Below, piece after piece: positions 36,461 through 47,153 of a stretch of 64,000 bases of DNA. The notes below the pieces were generated by a model. The model had not been told where the DNA came from and searched no databases. It worked only from the letters and a program-made list of their open reading frames with translations. Position 1 is the stretch's first letter; each line of letters begins with the position of its first letter. A program made the translations under genes and the position numbers. The stretch is from Fimbriosthenelais zetlandica (taxonomy: Eukaryota): the NCBI GenBank assembly GCA_977030845.1, contig OZ365118.1, forward strand, positions 15,314,001 through 15,378,000, read 5' to 3'.

Positions 36461-39400
36461 ATACTTAAGCTGGATATATACAACTTTCATTGACGCGTAA
36501 AATCTGGGAAGTGTGTAATTATGTATCTTTAGCATGCATAGTTCCATAAATACTTTTACTTGTAGGTCTTGGAGCAAGCTTTCCCAGAAAGTATCTGGTT
36601 GCAAACCCAAGCCTCAACATTGCATATAGATAGTCTCAGTGCTTGGAAGGTTTCTGTTGTAGAAGCCATGGTAACACGGTCACTATATCAAATATCCAAT
36701 TTAATTCTGAAACCTAATCAAGGTACAATCTTCACAGTAAAATGCATTTGGTTGATATTTTGATATCTGACAGCCATGTACAAGACACATTGCAGGCTGC
36801 TGTTTACCAACAGCATGTTTCCTATACTGGTCATGTGATAGCAGAAAAATGACTGGACTTTGCAACTATTTTGCTCGAATGGTCTATTGTTGTCGAACTG
36901 TCTGAATGTGAAACTGAATGGAGCACACATTTACCTGTATGAATTTGAGACGATGCTTATTTTATGGTGATTATATCTGCCCTGACAAGAACGTAAGTGT
37001 CATGGTAATTGATAAATGGAGCTGATGATAGATTATTATCATTATATTTATATCAGACACGCCTATATCTGACACCCTCCCATCCCTACTATACCCCCAC
37101 CACACCCAACAACACACCCCTACCTGGGATATCAAAGGCCAGTCATGTCTCCTCCCACTGTCTATGTTGAAATGTTGAAAACTGTTAAATGAACCATCGC
37201 TGTTTTTTGGAAAGTCACAGCACATTGTATGCCGGCAGTGTCTTTCCGTCTCATCCAGAGATAGTGGAGTCATTTCTGGATGGTTATTAAACAATTTTTC
37301 ACTCAGTTAATAACCCCCCCCCCCCCCAAACACCCCCAGAAGTTTTCGTTCTCTGTATTGAATACAGGTGTACTGGGCCTGGTCTATACACCTGGGGACT
37401 GCCACCACAACAGGTATGATGATTATGTTAGTTACCTGGAGTTTGTGGGGCGGGGTTGGGGGGGGGGGGGCTGGGGGGCTTGGGGGGTGATGGCAGATGG
37501 CAGATGTCAACATGGATCTGTCCATGCCGTCATCGTGGTGAAGGCTCAAGTTATTAATTAGAAATATCGAAAATCATTCCTCCTTGCCATGGCCGCCTTG
37601 TATTCATACGAGCACGTTCTGTTGATATTTGGGAAATAAGGCGTTATAGTTAGAAGGCAAACTAATTGGTTTTAGTGCAAGATATTGCATAAATATTAAA
37701 TTGATCACTGAATCTCTTTGCCTTTCATGAAATTTCTTTTGATGACTAATTGAGCCTTTCTGCCAAATTCTGCAGTTTAGTTTCAATATTGGGATGCCAA
37801 ATTCAATCTAGTTAAATATTACCAGTGAAGCCAGATATATGCCTACAGTTCTTACTTTTATATGTCATCCATCTGCTGGCAGCAGATTGCTATGTACATT
37901 TTGCAGTGATGTCTGCCTTGTCCTCTAATCAGGTAGAACACCAGCTTGTAGATAGCATCAGCTGATAAAGCTATACATGTACCTGGCCAAGCCGGAAACT
38001 CAGGTAGACGCCAATTAATTTGATTCCGGCTTACCAAAGCACATACGTACACACCCAACCCCCAACCCCTGACCATGAAATGTGACCTCACCTTAAATAC
38101 CAGCCCCACCCGTACATTAAGAGAGATGAACCTGTCCCTCATACTTTCATGTGCCTACCTAAAAGACATCAAAGTCTTTCCATAGTAAGTAGCCCAGACC
38201 CATGTGATTGGCAGCCTAAGATCTTCCTTTTCTCTGTCCATATCCCATTCTCTCAGCCCGCATTTACGTTGACAGATGAAAAGACTGACATGTCTGTCTG
38301 CCTCTGCTTTTTCTATGAAATATGTAGCCACAAACACTGCCATGTAGCATAAAAAAGGAAGAAGACCGGCCAGAAAAGCAACCCAATCTGTGATAGAAGG
38401 CCGTCTGCATATACATGCAGAAGGGAGGGCACAATGAATTATGAATTTAAGCGCCTCACATTTTCACTTTGCCAAAGCAATTGCAATCATATGGCCATTC
38501 TATCGATCTGCCTATCAGTTACGCCAGTGACACAGCAAATTTGATTGCGCAAGACGCCTCCCAGGGCATGAAATTGGTACCAATTCAAAATGCAAACAAT
38601 TATGTCTAAACGTTTAAAAAAGAGCTCATCAGTTAGGGTTTTGGTTGCAGCAATGACGTTTCAATGATGCATAAAAACGCCTGGCTGAGCAAAGGAATTG
38701 AATCAAGTTGCTCAGAAGGCTCCATGGACAGATGAATTGCTAATTGATTTCTTTCTTATTTAGCTGGCGTTATAAATGACAGTTGCACTGATCGACCTAC
38801 ACTCAATTTCCTCTAGCGAAATGAGATAAATGCTCGTAGAGGGAAATAATGTACCCTTCAATGTCTTTTGTTGCAGCATCGCAGCGAAGAAAACTATAAC
38901 AAGAGCTTCTGCCCATGTCAATCAAAGTCCGTCACATCTGACATTTGAAGACAAGCATGTTTCTGCCGCCTAAAGTATATAATGCTAATCAAATGGATTA
39001 CTCTGCTAAAATGTCATGAGCAATTGATCATGTTTAGGATGGAGGGGTGGAAAAAAAGGCTGGGAAGCAAAAAGGCGGGAGGGTATGGGATGGGAGTGGC
39101 AGAGCTCGGGCCGACCTAACAATGGCTTGCTCCTGCTGCCTTTTATACTGGCAGGGCTGATCGACATGGCAAAGGCAGAGGAGCATTGTCTATGCACTCA
39201 TCACTTCCAAGACCTCTTTTTTTACCACTCTCAAAATGTCGGTAAATAATTAATCTATCCTATCCATGCTAATTAGGAGCGCATTGTCCCGCGGACAAAA
39301 CACGGGCCCGGTCGGCTTTTTGGTTGAAGTGTGAGCCGGGGTGAGGAGTGGGGGTGAGGGGATTTACTCATACAATCCTACAGGATAGCATGTCAGGTAA

Positions 39401-40129
39401 AGAGCAACTCATGGACGCTTTAGAGCCACTCCCCTGCCAGCCCCTTCAATGACTGTTATTTGCGAGAGCCCTTCCGTGTCACCAAATCGTAAAAGATTCT
39501 GTTTAATGCATGGGAATGGCTTGCATGAGCTTCTGATAGGCATGTTTTGTCACAATACAGCCTAATTAATAAAATTTCCACTACACTGCCTTGTTCGATT
39601 GGAGGTCAAGCCCTTCTTTGACCTTCCCCCACACACCCGCTTCCATCAATAACACCCGCGAGAACCCTGCGATGCTCTAAATGCGTCCTCATAAGATTTA
39701 GAGCCGGGGGCTTAATTAATAATTGTGATTCATTGTCCTACATGGATTAAAGCAAGGATATTGGCGAACTGGAGAGGGATTGTTGGGGCCGTCTGTTCAG
39801 ACTATCACTATAGAAACTATTGCCTTCAATGGAAACAGAATAAGGGCATTGACACGCAGCACATCTCCATGTCTTGTCTAGTGCCTGGCAACATTGATCT
39901 TGGCATTCTTATACCCCTGCTTTGTCTATATTCCGCGCCCTTTCGTGTTCAAAACAAAGCCATGTATCTCGGTATAGGAAGCCATTGGGTGGCTTCCCCT
40001 TAGCAGTGGTTGACGGAGAGTTTAGCTGAGTCATGATGCATGGAACTCATCGAGCTGTCTCATGGAGGGCTGTTATTTGTCTCTCCTTGATCCTGATCAC
40101 TCCCAGGTGGGCTGCTCATACCCCCAAAA

Positions 40130-40435
40130 CGCTCTCTATCTCCCTCTCTAGCCTGCTCTCTCTTCCTCTCCATCTCTCATCATCTCTCCATCACTCTATC
40201 CCCTCGAGTTCCCTCCTATCTGTCCCTCTCTACTCTGTCCCCTCCGTCTCTCTCCTCCCTGTCTCCTCTCTTTCTGTATTCTCCTCTATGTCCCTCTCCC
40301 TACTCTGTCCCTCCCCCTGTCCACTCTCCTTTGTCTACTCTACTCTCCCTCCTTCTCTACTCTCCCTATACCTCTTATCTCCCCTTCCTCTCTTTCTCTC
40401 CCACATCCCCTATCCCTCTCTTCTCCCTCTTACTT
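40130..40435. repeat. Degenerate (CT)n tract (~300 bp) in intron B-C
   Basis: Nearly pure C/T on the plus strand. It explains the Ser/Leu/Pro-rich ORF 40033..40458. Confidence 0.9.
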
Positions 40436-41485
40436 CCCAAACAAGGCAGGGACCCTAACAAGCTGTGCTAGCAGTCTCAACTATCTCATTCTTTATACTT
40501 CATCATGCTAGATATCAATTATTAGCCGCTGAGGGAATAAGGGATACAGTGACAATATGTCCAGTGACAGACTCTATATACTACCTACTGTATCAGCCAT
40601 AGAACCTCCTGGGTCTTCAAGTCCCTAAGATAACTTGATGTATATTTCAGAAGAATTGGTCTTACTGGCCTTATTTTCTCCGTCTCTAATGCCCTATAGA
40701 TGTCCAGTTTAGACATACAACCTAAAAACATTAGCTATGTCTTACCATGTATCTACTAGTTTTTCCTTTTGATTCCCTTCAATACATTCCCTCTTAAAAG
40801 CTGTCTTTAGTTATGTATTAGCAGGTGTTAAGATCATTAAAATATCAATATTCCTACTAATTTTCCTGACTGTAAAATCCACGTCCTTTAACAGTTTACC
40901 TGCATTTTCTCGCCAGGGAAATTAAAAACAAAATGACATGACACAAGCCAATTCCCTTATCCACACTCAGATTTTCTTTCGACTGGAATCAAGCCGAAGA
41001 AATCCCCAAACATTGACTCGGTGCTCATCTCAAATCCTTAATAGCTGTCTTGTTTTATTGCTAACAGTCCTACAAAAACATGAACATAAATTGAACGTGA
41101 TTATTTTCTTTCTCAAAATTAATTTCTGACAATGACACCTTAATTTGAAGCGACTGACTCATCGGGAGTTTTATCAGTCTCTGTGAGACGTGTCTCTTGG
41201 GGGGCTGGGTGGAGAGGAAAAAAAGAATCCCTCTGAGCAGACATACACGAGACTTCCCTTTTTGTCCTCAAAGCTACAAAAACAAACTCTTGGCTGGAAA
41301 GGAGAAGGATCGAGCGGTGCGGATTTACATCCTTTGGAAACTATCTCCTCCCAAACGTGCGCTTTGCACTGGCTTATGGCTTCCCGACGACAATGGCAAT
41401 GTAAATCCAAGCTGTGTAAGGGGCTAAAAAAAGGGCAGGGAGAAGAGGCAAAACTAAAAGAGATAGGAAAGAAAGGCTGGCTCAC

Positions 41486-41672
41486 CATATGGGGGTGGCG
41501 GGGGTTGGCTTTCTCCGGGCGTTCCTGGGGGGTTACCATGGTGATGATGGTTGTCGCCGTCCTCACTTGGCCCTCGACCTGAGTCCGTGTTGGACATGTC
41601 CGCAGAACAGCCCGAGGCCGAGTCAGAGTCCTGGGGCGTGTCCTGTATCATTCGATGTAGAAGTTGGTGTAC
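41486..41672 (-). CDS. Pcdh: Protocadherin-like cytoplasmic-tail exon B (phase 0 to 1, 62 codons + 1 nt: VHQLLHRM...DSGRGPSEDG...PPPPPY)
   Basis: Acceptor ttcttctgaccAG at 41674-41673 and donor ATG|GTGAGC at 41485. Phases match exon A (0) and exon C (1). The motif DSDSASG..MSNTDSGRGPSEDG resembles the conserved DSGRGxSE motif of protocadherin tails (recalled, not searched). Confidence 0.85.
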
Positions 41673-41837
41673 CTGGTCAGAAGAAGCGGTTAAGAATTCA
41701 ATATGTTCCACAGATGGGGGCAGAAAAGAGAGAAGAAGAAAGAAGTCTATGATCTATAGTATATAGAAAGGAGTTTACAGGGGTAATTTGGTGGGTTTGT
41801 CGATGGATATGGGGGTGCTTATGATGTTGGTTTTTTG

Positions 41838-41873
41838 TTATATTGGTTATTTGGGCTTATATTGGTTATTTGG
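41838..41873. repeat. 19-bp-period tandem duplication (TTATATTGGTTATTTGG x2)
   Basis: Copies at 41838-41854 and 41857-41873. Confidence 0.85.
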
Positions 41874-44800
41874 TTCGGCTTATGCTGGTTTGATAGTATG
41901 TGTTCTGGCTCATTTTGTTTAATGCAGTTTGACTAGTGTTGCTTATGTGTTGACTTGTGTTTTGTCTCATGTCGCTCAATGCATTTTGGCTCATGTCGTT
42001 TGGTGTTATTGGATTCTGAACATGAAGGACATCTGTATCACAGAAGGACACAGTACTGCTTGAATTCTCTGTCAACCTCGGATTGTCATGAAACACAATG
42101 ACACCACTAAGCTGCAAAGGCATCCATTCTCTTCACAAATCACAATAGGCTTGAGGGATGAGAATTCTTATGGTTTTTTTGCCTCATCGCTACCGCATTC
42201 CTTGGATGTTTTCAGTGTTCCTAGTGAAAACGAGCGGGCAGGGACTGTGGCAGGGGAAAAAGGCGCAGGATCAATCTCCCCTTGTGTCTTTTTCCATTTT
42301 TCATCCCTTTTTTCATGTCAGAGGTCCTATTTTCATTTGCGGTCTGATTCTCAGAATCGTCTTTCAGCTGGGTGTGCATGGTAAAAAAACTGCATCCTTC
42401 GGGGAAATTTAAAAGGAAGCGTAGACGGGAGCTACACTATAGTTTTACTATGCCGAGCACAGGAGACCAGTCCCTGGCTAAAATTAGATAGAAGCCAGCG
42501 AACAACGTGAGGCATGTTTCATAAATTGCCCGGGGATGTAAGCACGTGACGGAAGAGCCACCGGAGGGGGTGGGAGACTAGCTTGTAAGCGCAGTGTTCA
42601 CCGCAGAACAACATGGAAGATCTAATAAGTATGTTAAAGCAAAGCGTATTAGTGCGCCTGAAAGTGACATGATCCTATTAGTAAGCCTGAAGTACACTCC
42701 AAGCACAATGATTCACTGGCCATTCAATCCTAAAAGCTCTTGTTGTGGTATAATGAAGCGGACCGTGTATTTAATCAAACCAAGGTATATGGCAGTGACA
42801 AATCAAAGGCAGGCTCCCGCAGCAATTATTCCTTTAATAGATCTATTCCAGAGCCGGTTTTCCTGCTAATGACACTTCTTTGTCAAAATTTATAATCAAT
42901 TAATGTCCGTAATGACGGCTAAGGTAGATAAGAAGACAACATACAGATTGGAAGTTTTTGGAGTGGAAATTGTTAGACAAGTACCTTCAGAAGGCTGTAA
43001 GGAAAAGGCAAAGCTTAGAAGAGCATCTTCCTTTGTAGTGCCTTATAGAAGGGAATTTCTCTTTCATTTTCGGGAACCCTCAATCATGCCTGCATTAAAC
43101 AAAGATGTTGAGGTATAAAAAGATTAGGGCACAGCATCAGGAACTTTATATGAAAGGTTTGAACTATAGAGGGGGTAAGCTATTCATTAAGATGCACCTT
43201 GATGGATCTTCCTACACCCTCTCCGTCTTCCTCATCAAGACCATTCCTTTATCCCCCCTCCTCCATCTCTACTGCCTAGGACACACTAAGCAAATTATCA
43301 GAGTAAACTTTTTAAACAACTTTTGACGTTTAATCCCCTGTTCAATTCCCCAAGCTTTCTCCATTGTACTTCTCCAGCCAGTGCTGCTAACTGGGATATC
43401 AAAGGCCATCCATGCCGCTCACTACCGAAAATACATCTTCTTCAGCCCTTGGAACTTTGAGTAACTATAATCTGACACACATTGTATGCTCAGTGTACCA
43501 TCAGCCTAAGCCATGATTGTCTTTTTTACACCAAGCTCCAATCTCTGAATAATTGTACTCGATGGCTCTGCTGCAAGAGTAATGGCTTTCTTCTTTCCCG
43601 TGCCACAAACAAATACCTTTTTACATGGCAATATCTTGATGTACAAATCTAAATAAAAACAAATCTAACATAAAAAACTGACACTCGTTTAATCAGCCAA
43701 GCTTTCCAAAGACCATTACAGCAAAAATCTCTGATCGCGCTGAAATGGCTGCGGCATGACTGCTGACAAATGCCTTGCTTACCAAGATTAGATAAGCTAC
43801 AGCATTGATTGTATACGATGCTATCGTATATCAAAGGCAGGCAAGATATATACATGTATTTGGTAGCAATCTACTTTAGGTACAAGGCCAGCAGGAAAGG
43901 CGGTCAGTTTCACAAACCTCACCCACCCCATCTCATCTTGTTCCTATCGCACTTTTATGCATGGAAGAGAGAAAGGGGAGGAGAGGGCTGGAGACTGCCT
44001 CCTGAGCTCCATTGATTCGCCCTGCTACAGCCATTAGCAGTGTAAATGTATACGTGGTCGGCAAACGCCGATATTGGAACATCACTTTTGCTTTGGGCGA
44101 ACTCAGTCTGCTCCCACGCAAAGCATGAACGTGGCCATCAGTGAACCAACTGATGCCATCTTAGCGTCCTCCATGAATTTTAAGGTCATGTCCAATAGAT
44201 CTTTACAATTTGGACGTATTCATTTCCACCTATAAAACCAATGCTCATTTGGTGGGAAAGTCTATACTTCCTTCTTGCCTGATCTAATTTTGGACACGAT
44301 ATGCAATCACTAATAAACTCACTCGAAGTCAGGGCAGTTTCTATACTATTGGCTATTTTTGAACTTTGAGAAGTTATCTGTCGGGTGCTGGGGATTGTAA
44401 ATTGAGAAATTAAGTAATGGTAGAATTTATCTGGATCTGTTTATGAACCAGACATTTCACACACTCTGATCCGTATGGCAGACTAATATTTAAAATCCCT
44501 GAGGCATTCTAGCCATCCCAGGTAAAAATAACATATTAATCTAGCCCTGCCATCACAGATATGAGAAGTAAAAGTAATGAGGAAACGGAGATGGACTTAA
44601 AAAACAGGTGTACATCTGCCAGTAAAGTCGCTCTTTTCCGGAAAGTGACATTGGAGAGGAAGAAGGTCATACACTTGTATAAGAAGGCTTCTTTATATAT
44701 GTGTGGCACATCACTGACACAAGCCACCTGTATTAAGATATGGCGCTGATATTGCCATATGTTAGTTACTGATATAAAGCTGCGTATATCAGCCCAGGTA

Positions 44801-45942
44801 GGAGGTGATGGGAATAATGCCCACTCCTCATATTTCTATAGGGTGCAACCTTTGCTTCATTACTCTCTCTTTTTCCAAGATCATTTTCTTTCATTATACT
44901 TGTCTTCTAATATGAAAGCAGAATGGTTTTGTTTCCTGAGGAGTTGACACTGTTGCGAAACAACCCTTCCTTCATTGCAGGTTTTATGACTTGTCAACCT
45001 GTCCAAAAGAAATATCACCTGACTTTTTGGCTAATCCTAGCCGGGGAGGAAACGTGAGAATGAAAGTACCCCTTCTATTACGTCCTCCAATTAGTTTTCC
45101 TACAAAACCGTAGACCACGGACATCTGTTCCCTCTTGGAAAATATGAAAGTTCAATCCTAATTGGGGGCAAATACGACGCTAGAAAATGTCAAGTTTCGA
45201 TGTCATGATCTCGCTGGTTGCCAGCTAGATCGGCTTTGATTGCTGTCGGGGTGGCTCGGCCGGGTCACGTCACCCGATAGGTCTTAGCGCGACTAAAACC
45301 TAGTTGTTTAGCGAGATTAGAATTTCATTATCGGGTGGAACTAGTCTGGATCATCTAAAGGCTTCCGTGGTACGTGTGTGATTAAAAGACGAAGCAGCAA
45401 TGCTAATTGCCACTATTTCCCCTCCCAATATCGGCGGAAACATGATCGCTAGCAATCGGTGAGATTGCCTGGCATATGGCCTAAACAGATAAGGTTCCCA
45501 GTGTCTGTATTGGAGACAATAATCAAACACTGGATGGTGAGGGAAGGCCATTTCATGGGTGCCTATCCTCTACCCTTGCCTGTGTATTACTGTGCCGAGT
45601 AACAGGTAATCAAATTACAAATAACGGCATTATGTGGTGTCATAAAAACCTACATCCCGGCTTTACAGGCGGAGTATTGGTTGTCTGTGTGCAGATGAGA
45701 GGGATCCGGGATAGGGATGGTGTAAGGGGAAGACCAGGGTGTTGTTTATTACCAATGAATCCAATCTGTTCTCTAACCGCCTCACAGGACCTGATGTTCT
45801 GACAATCGCCAAAAGGCGGGCAAAGATACAATTTGCACTTTATACACTCCAAAATCAAATCACGGCCGTCGATCGTACAGCAGCTCTTTTCGATGTAAAG
45901 CGAGATGGAATTGGGAACAAAGCGTCCAACAATGGGACCTTA

Positions 45943-46156
45943 TGACTGGAACAGACTGTGGATGCCTCCAGTTGCTTGCGTTTTACTTTTCATGCGACTT
46001 AAGAAAAGAAACCGCCAGCAATCGAGTGTGTTCATTAGATTTTCTAATCAAATCACAGAGGTTATGCATTCGCTCTCTTGCGGTGCATAAGTATGTCTAT
46101 GAGAGTCACCTGTGCCTTGAGCGCGACTGCAAAAACGCTCTGATCTGTTGAAGGCA
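45943..46156 (-). mobile_element. MITE family 1, copy 3 (inverted), inside intron A-B
   Basis: TTA|TGACTGGAACAGAC ... ATCTGTTGAAGGCA|TTA. TTA duplication at 45940-45942 and 46157-46159. Its reverse complement aligns with copies 1 and 2. Confidence 0.8.
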
Positions 46157-46835
46157 TTATAGAACATAGGCAATACTGAATAGTCAAAGTGGGCCTGGCT
46201 CGTAGATCTAAGGCTAAACTCAGTGGTGGAATATGATTTGAGTGTATGTTGTTTGTGTGATGTGAATAAGGTTGGTATACTAGAGTGAAGGCTGGTTCAA
46301 CCATGGGAACACAATGATGTATCAGTACACCAGACAGCAAAGGAAATCAAAGCCTTGTAGGCATCTTGTATTTTTGTCGAGTAATTACAATGGATGATTA
46401 TGAGGCTAAATGAGATAGTGGGCGCTCTGAAGGCAGCAAGTCTCTAGGCATTAAATCTATTTTTATAAGTCTTGATATGTATATGTCACAAGGAATATAG
46501 TCGGAAGAATTGAAGCTGATGGTATGTATATAAGACCAACATCAGTCCATTCACCAAACCTTTTGATTTTCTTTTCTGTCTGGTTGAATATATACACAGA
46601 GGGATGTTTTTTGTATCATAATAGGAGAAAATATCAACTTTCTTATACTACTTCATATTTGTTCATTACATCCAAATACGACTCTGTAATAGTTTCCATA
46701 TAGAATATCACACCAAGTGGAGGCCTTGGTATTTGCAGGTCAATTTTCTCACTCTCCCTTGAGGGTAGAAGTATAAAGAGGAAATTAGAGTGTGAAACGA
46801 AGATAAATGTAACCCGTACTCACTCGTTTACCCAC

Positions 46836-47153
46836 CTCTAGGTCTTTTTGCGTCAGGGTAGCTGATGGCGGCAGACCATGCTGGGGGTCGTAAAGTAGGC
46901 GGTGTCTTGGGAGGCTCTGATAACGCGCTTCTCTCGGGTCGCCCATCACTTTACTCGGCCTCGAGCAAGTATGGGGATCCTCGGGTGCAGGAGGGGGAGG
47001 CGGCTCCCTCTCCCTCCCCCCTCTCCTCTCTCGTTCCAGTTCCAGTTCCCTCTCCTCAGTTTCTGAATCTCGGTCATGCTCAGGCCTCTCTGGTTGATCC
47101 TGATAACGGAAGGTTGTCATGGGGCATTCCTCTGGTCGCGTTCTCCCCTCCTT
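46836..47153 (-). CDS. Pcdh: Protocadherin-like cytoplasmic-tail exon A (internal, phase 0 to 0, 106 codons: KEGRTRPEECPMTTFRYQ...ATLTQKDLE)
   Basis: Strong acceptor (ttttttctctcttttctcAG at 47155-47154) and donor GAG|GTGGGT at 46835. The frame is open throughout (inside ORF 46785..47189) and continues into exon B. Contains WIRS-like MTTF and a polyproline run. Confidence 0.8.

Larger units (their letters stand above)
32826..41485 (-). other. Phase-1 GT-AG intron between exons B and C (8660 bp)
   Basis: GT at 41485-41484, AG at 32827-32826, frame preserved. Confidence 0.75.
41673..46835 (-). other. Phase-0 GT-AG intron between exons A and B (5163 bp)
   Basis: GT at 46835-46834, AG at 41674-41673, frame preserved. 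Confidence 0.75.

Noticed and set aside
41667-41674. AG|GT at the exon B acceptor suggesting a recursive splice site
   Set aside because: The reconstituted donor GTACAC is a poor match to GTRAGT.
41174-41766. Plus- and minus-strand ORFs around exon B, and 46865..47266 opposite exon A
   Set aside because: Antisense or alternative-frame shadows of real exons.
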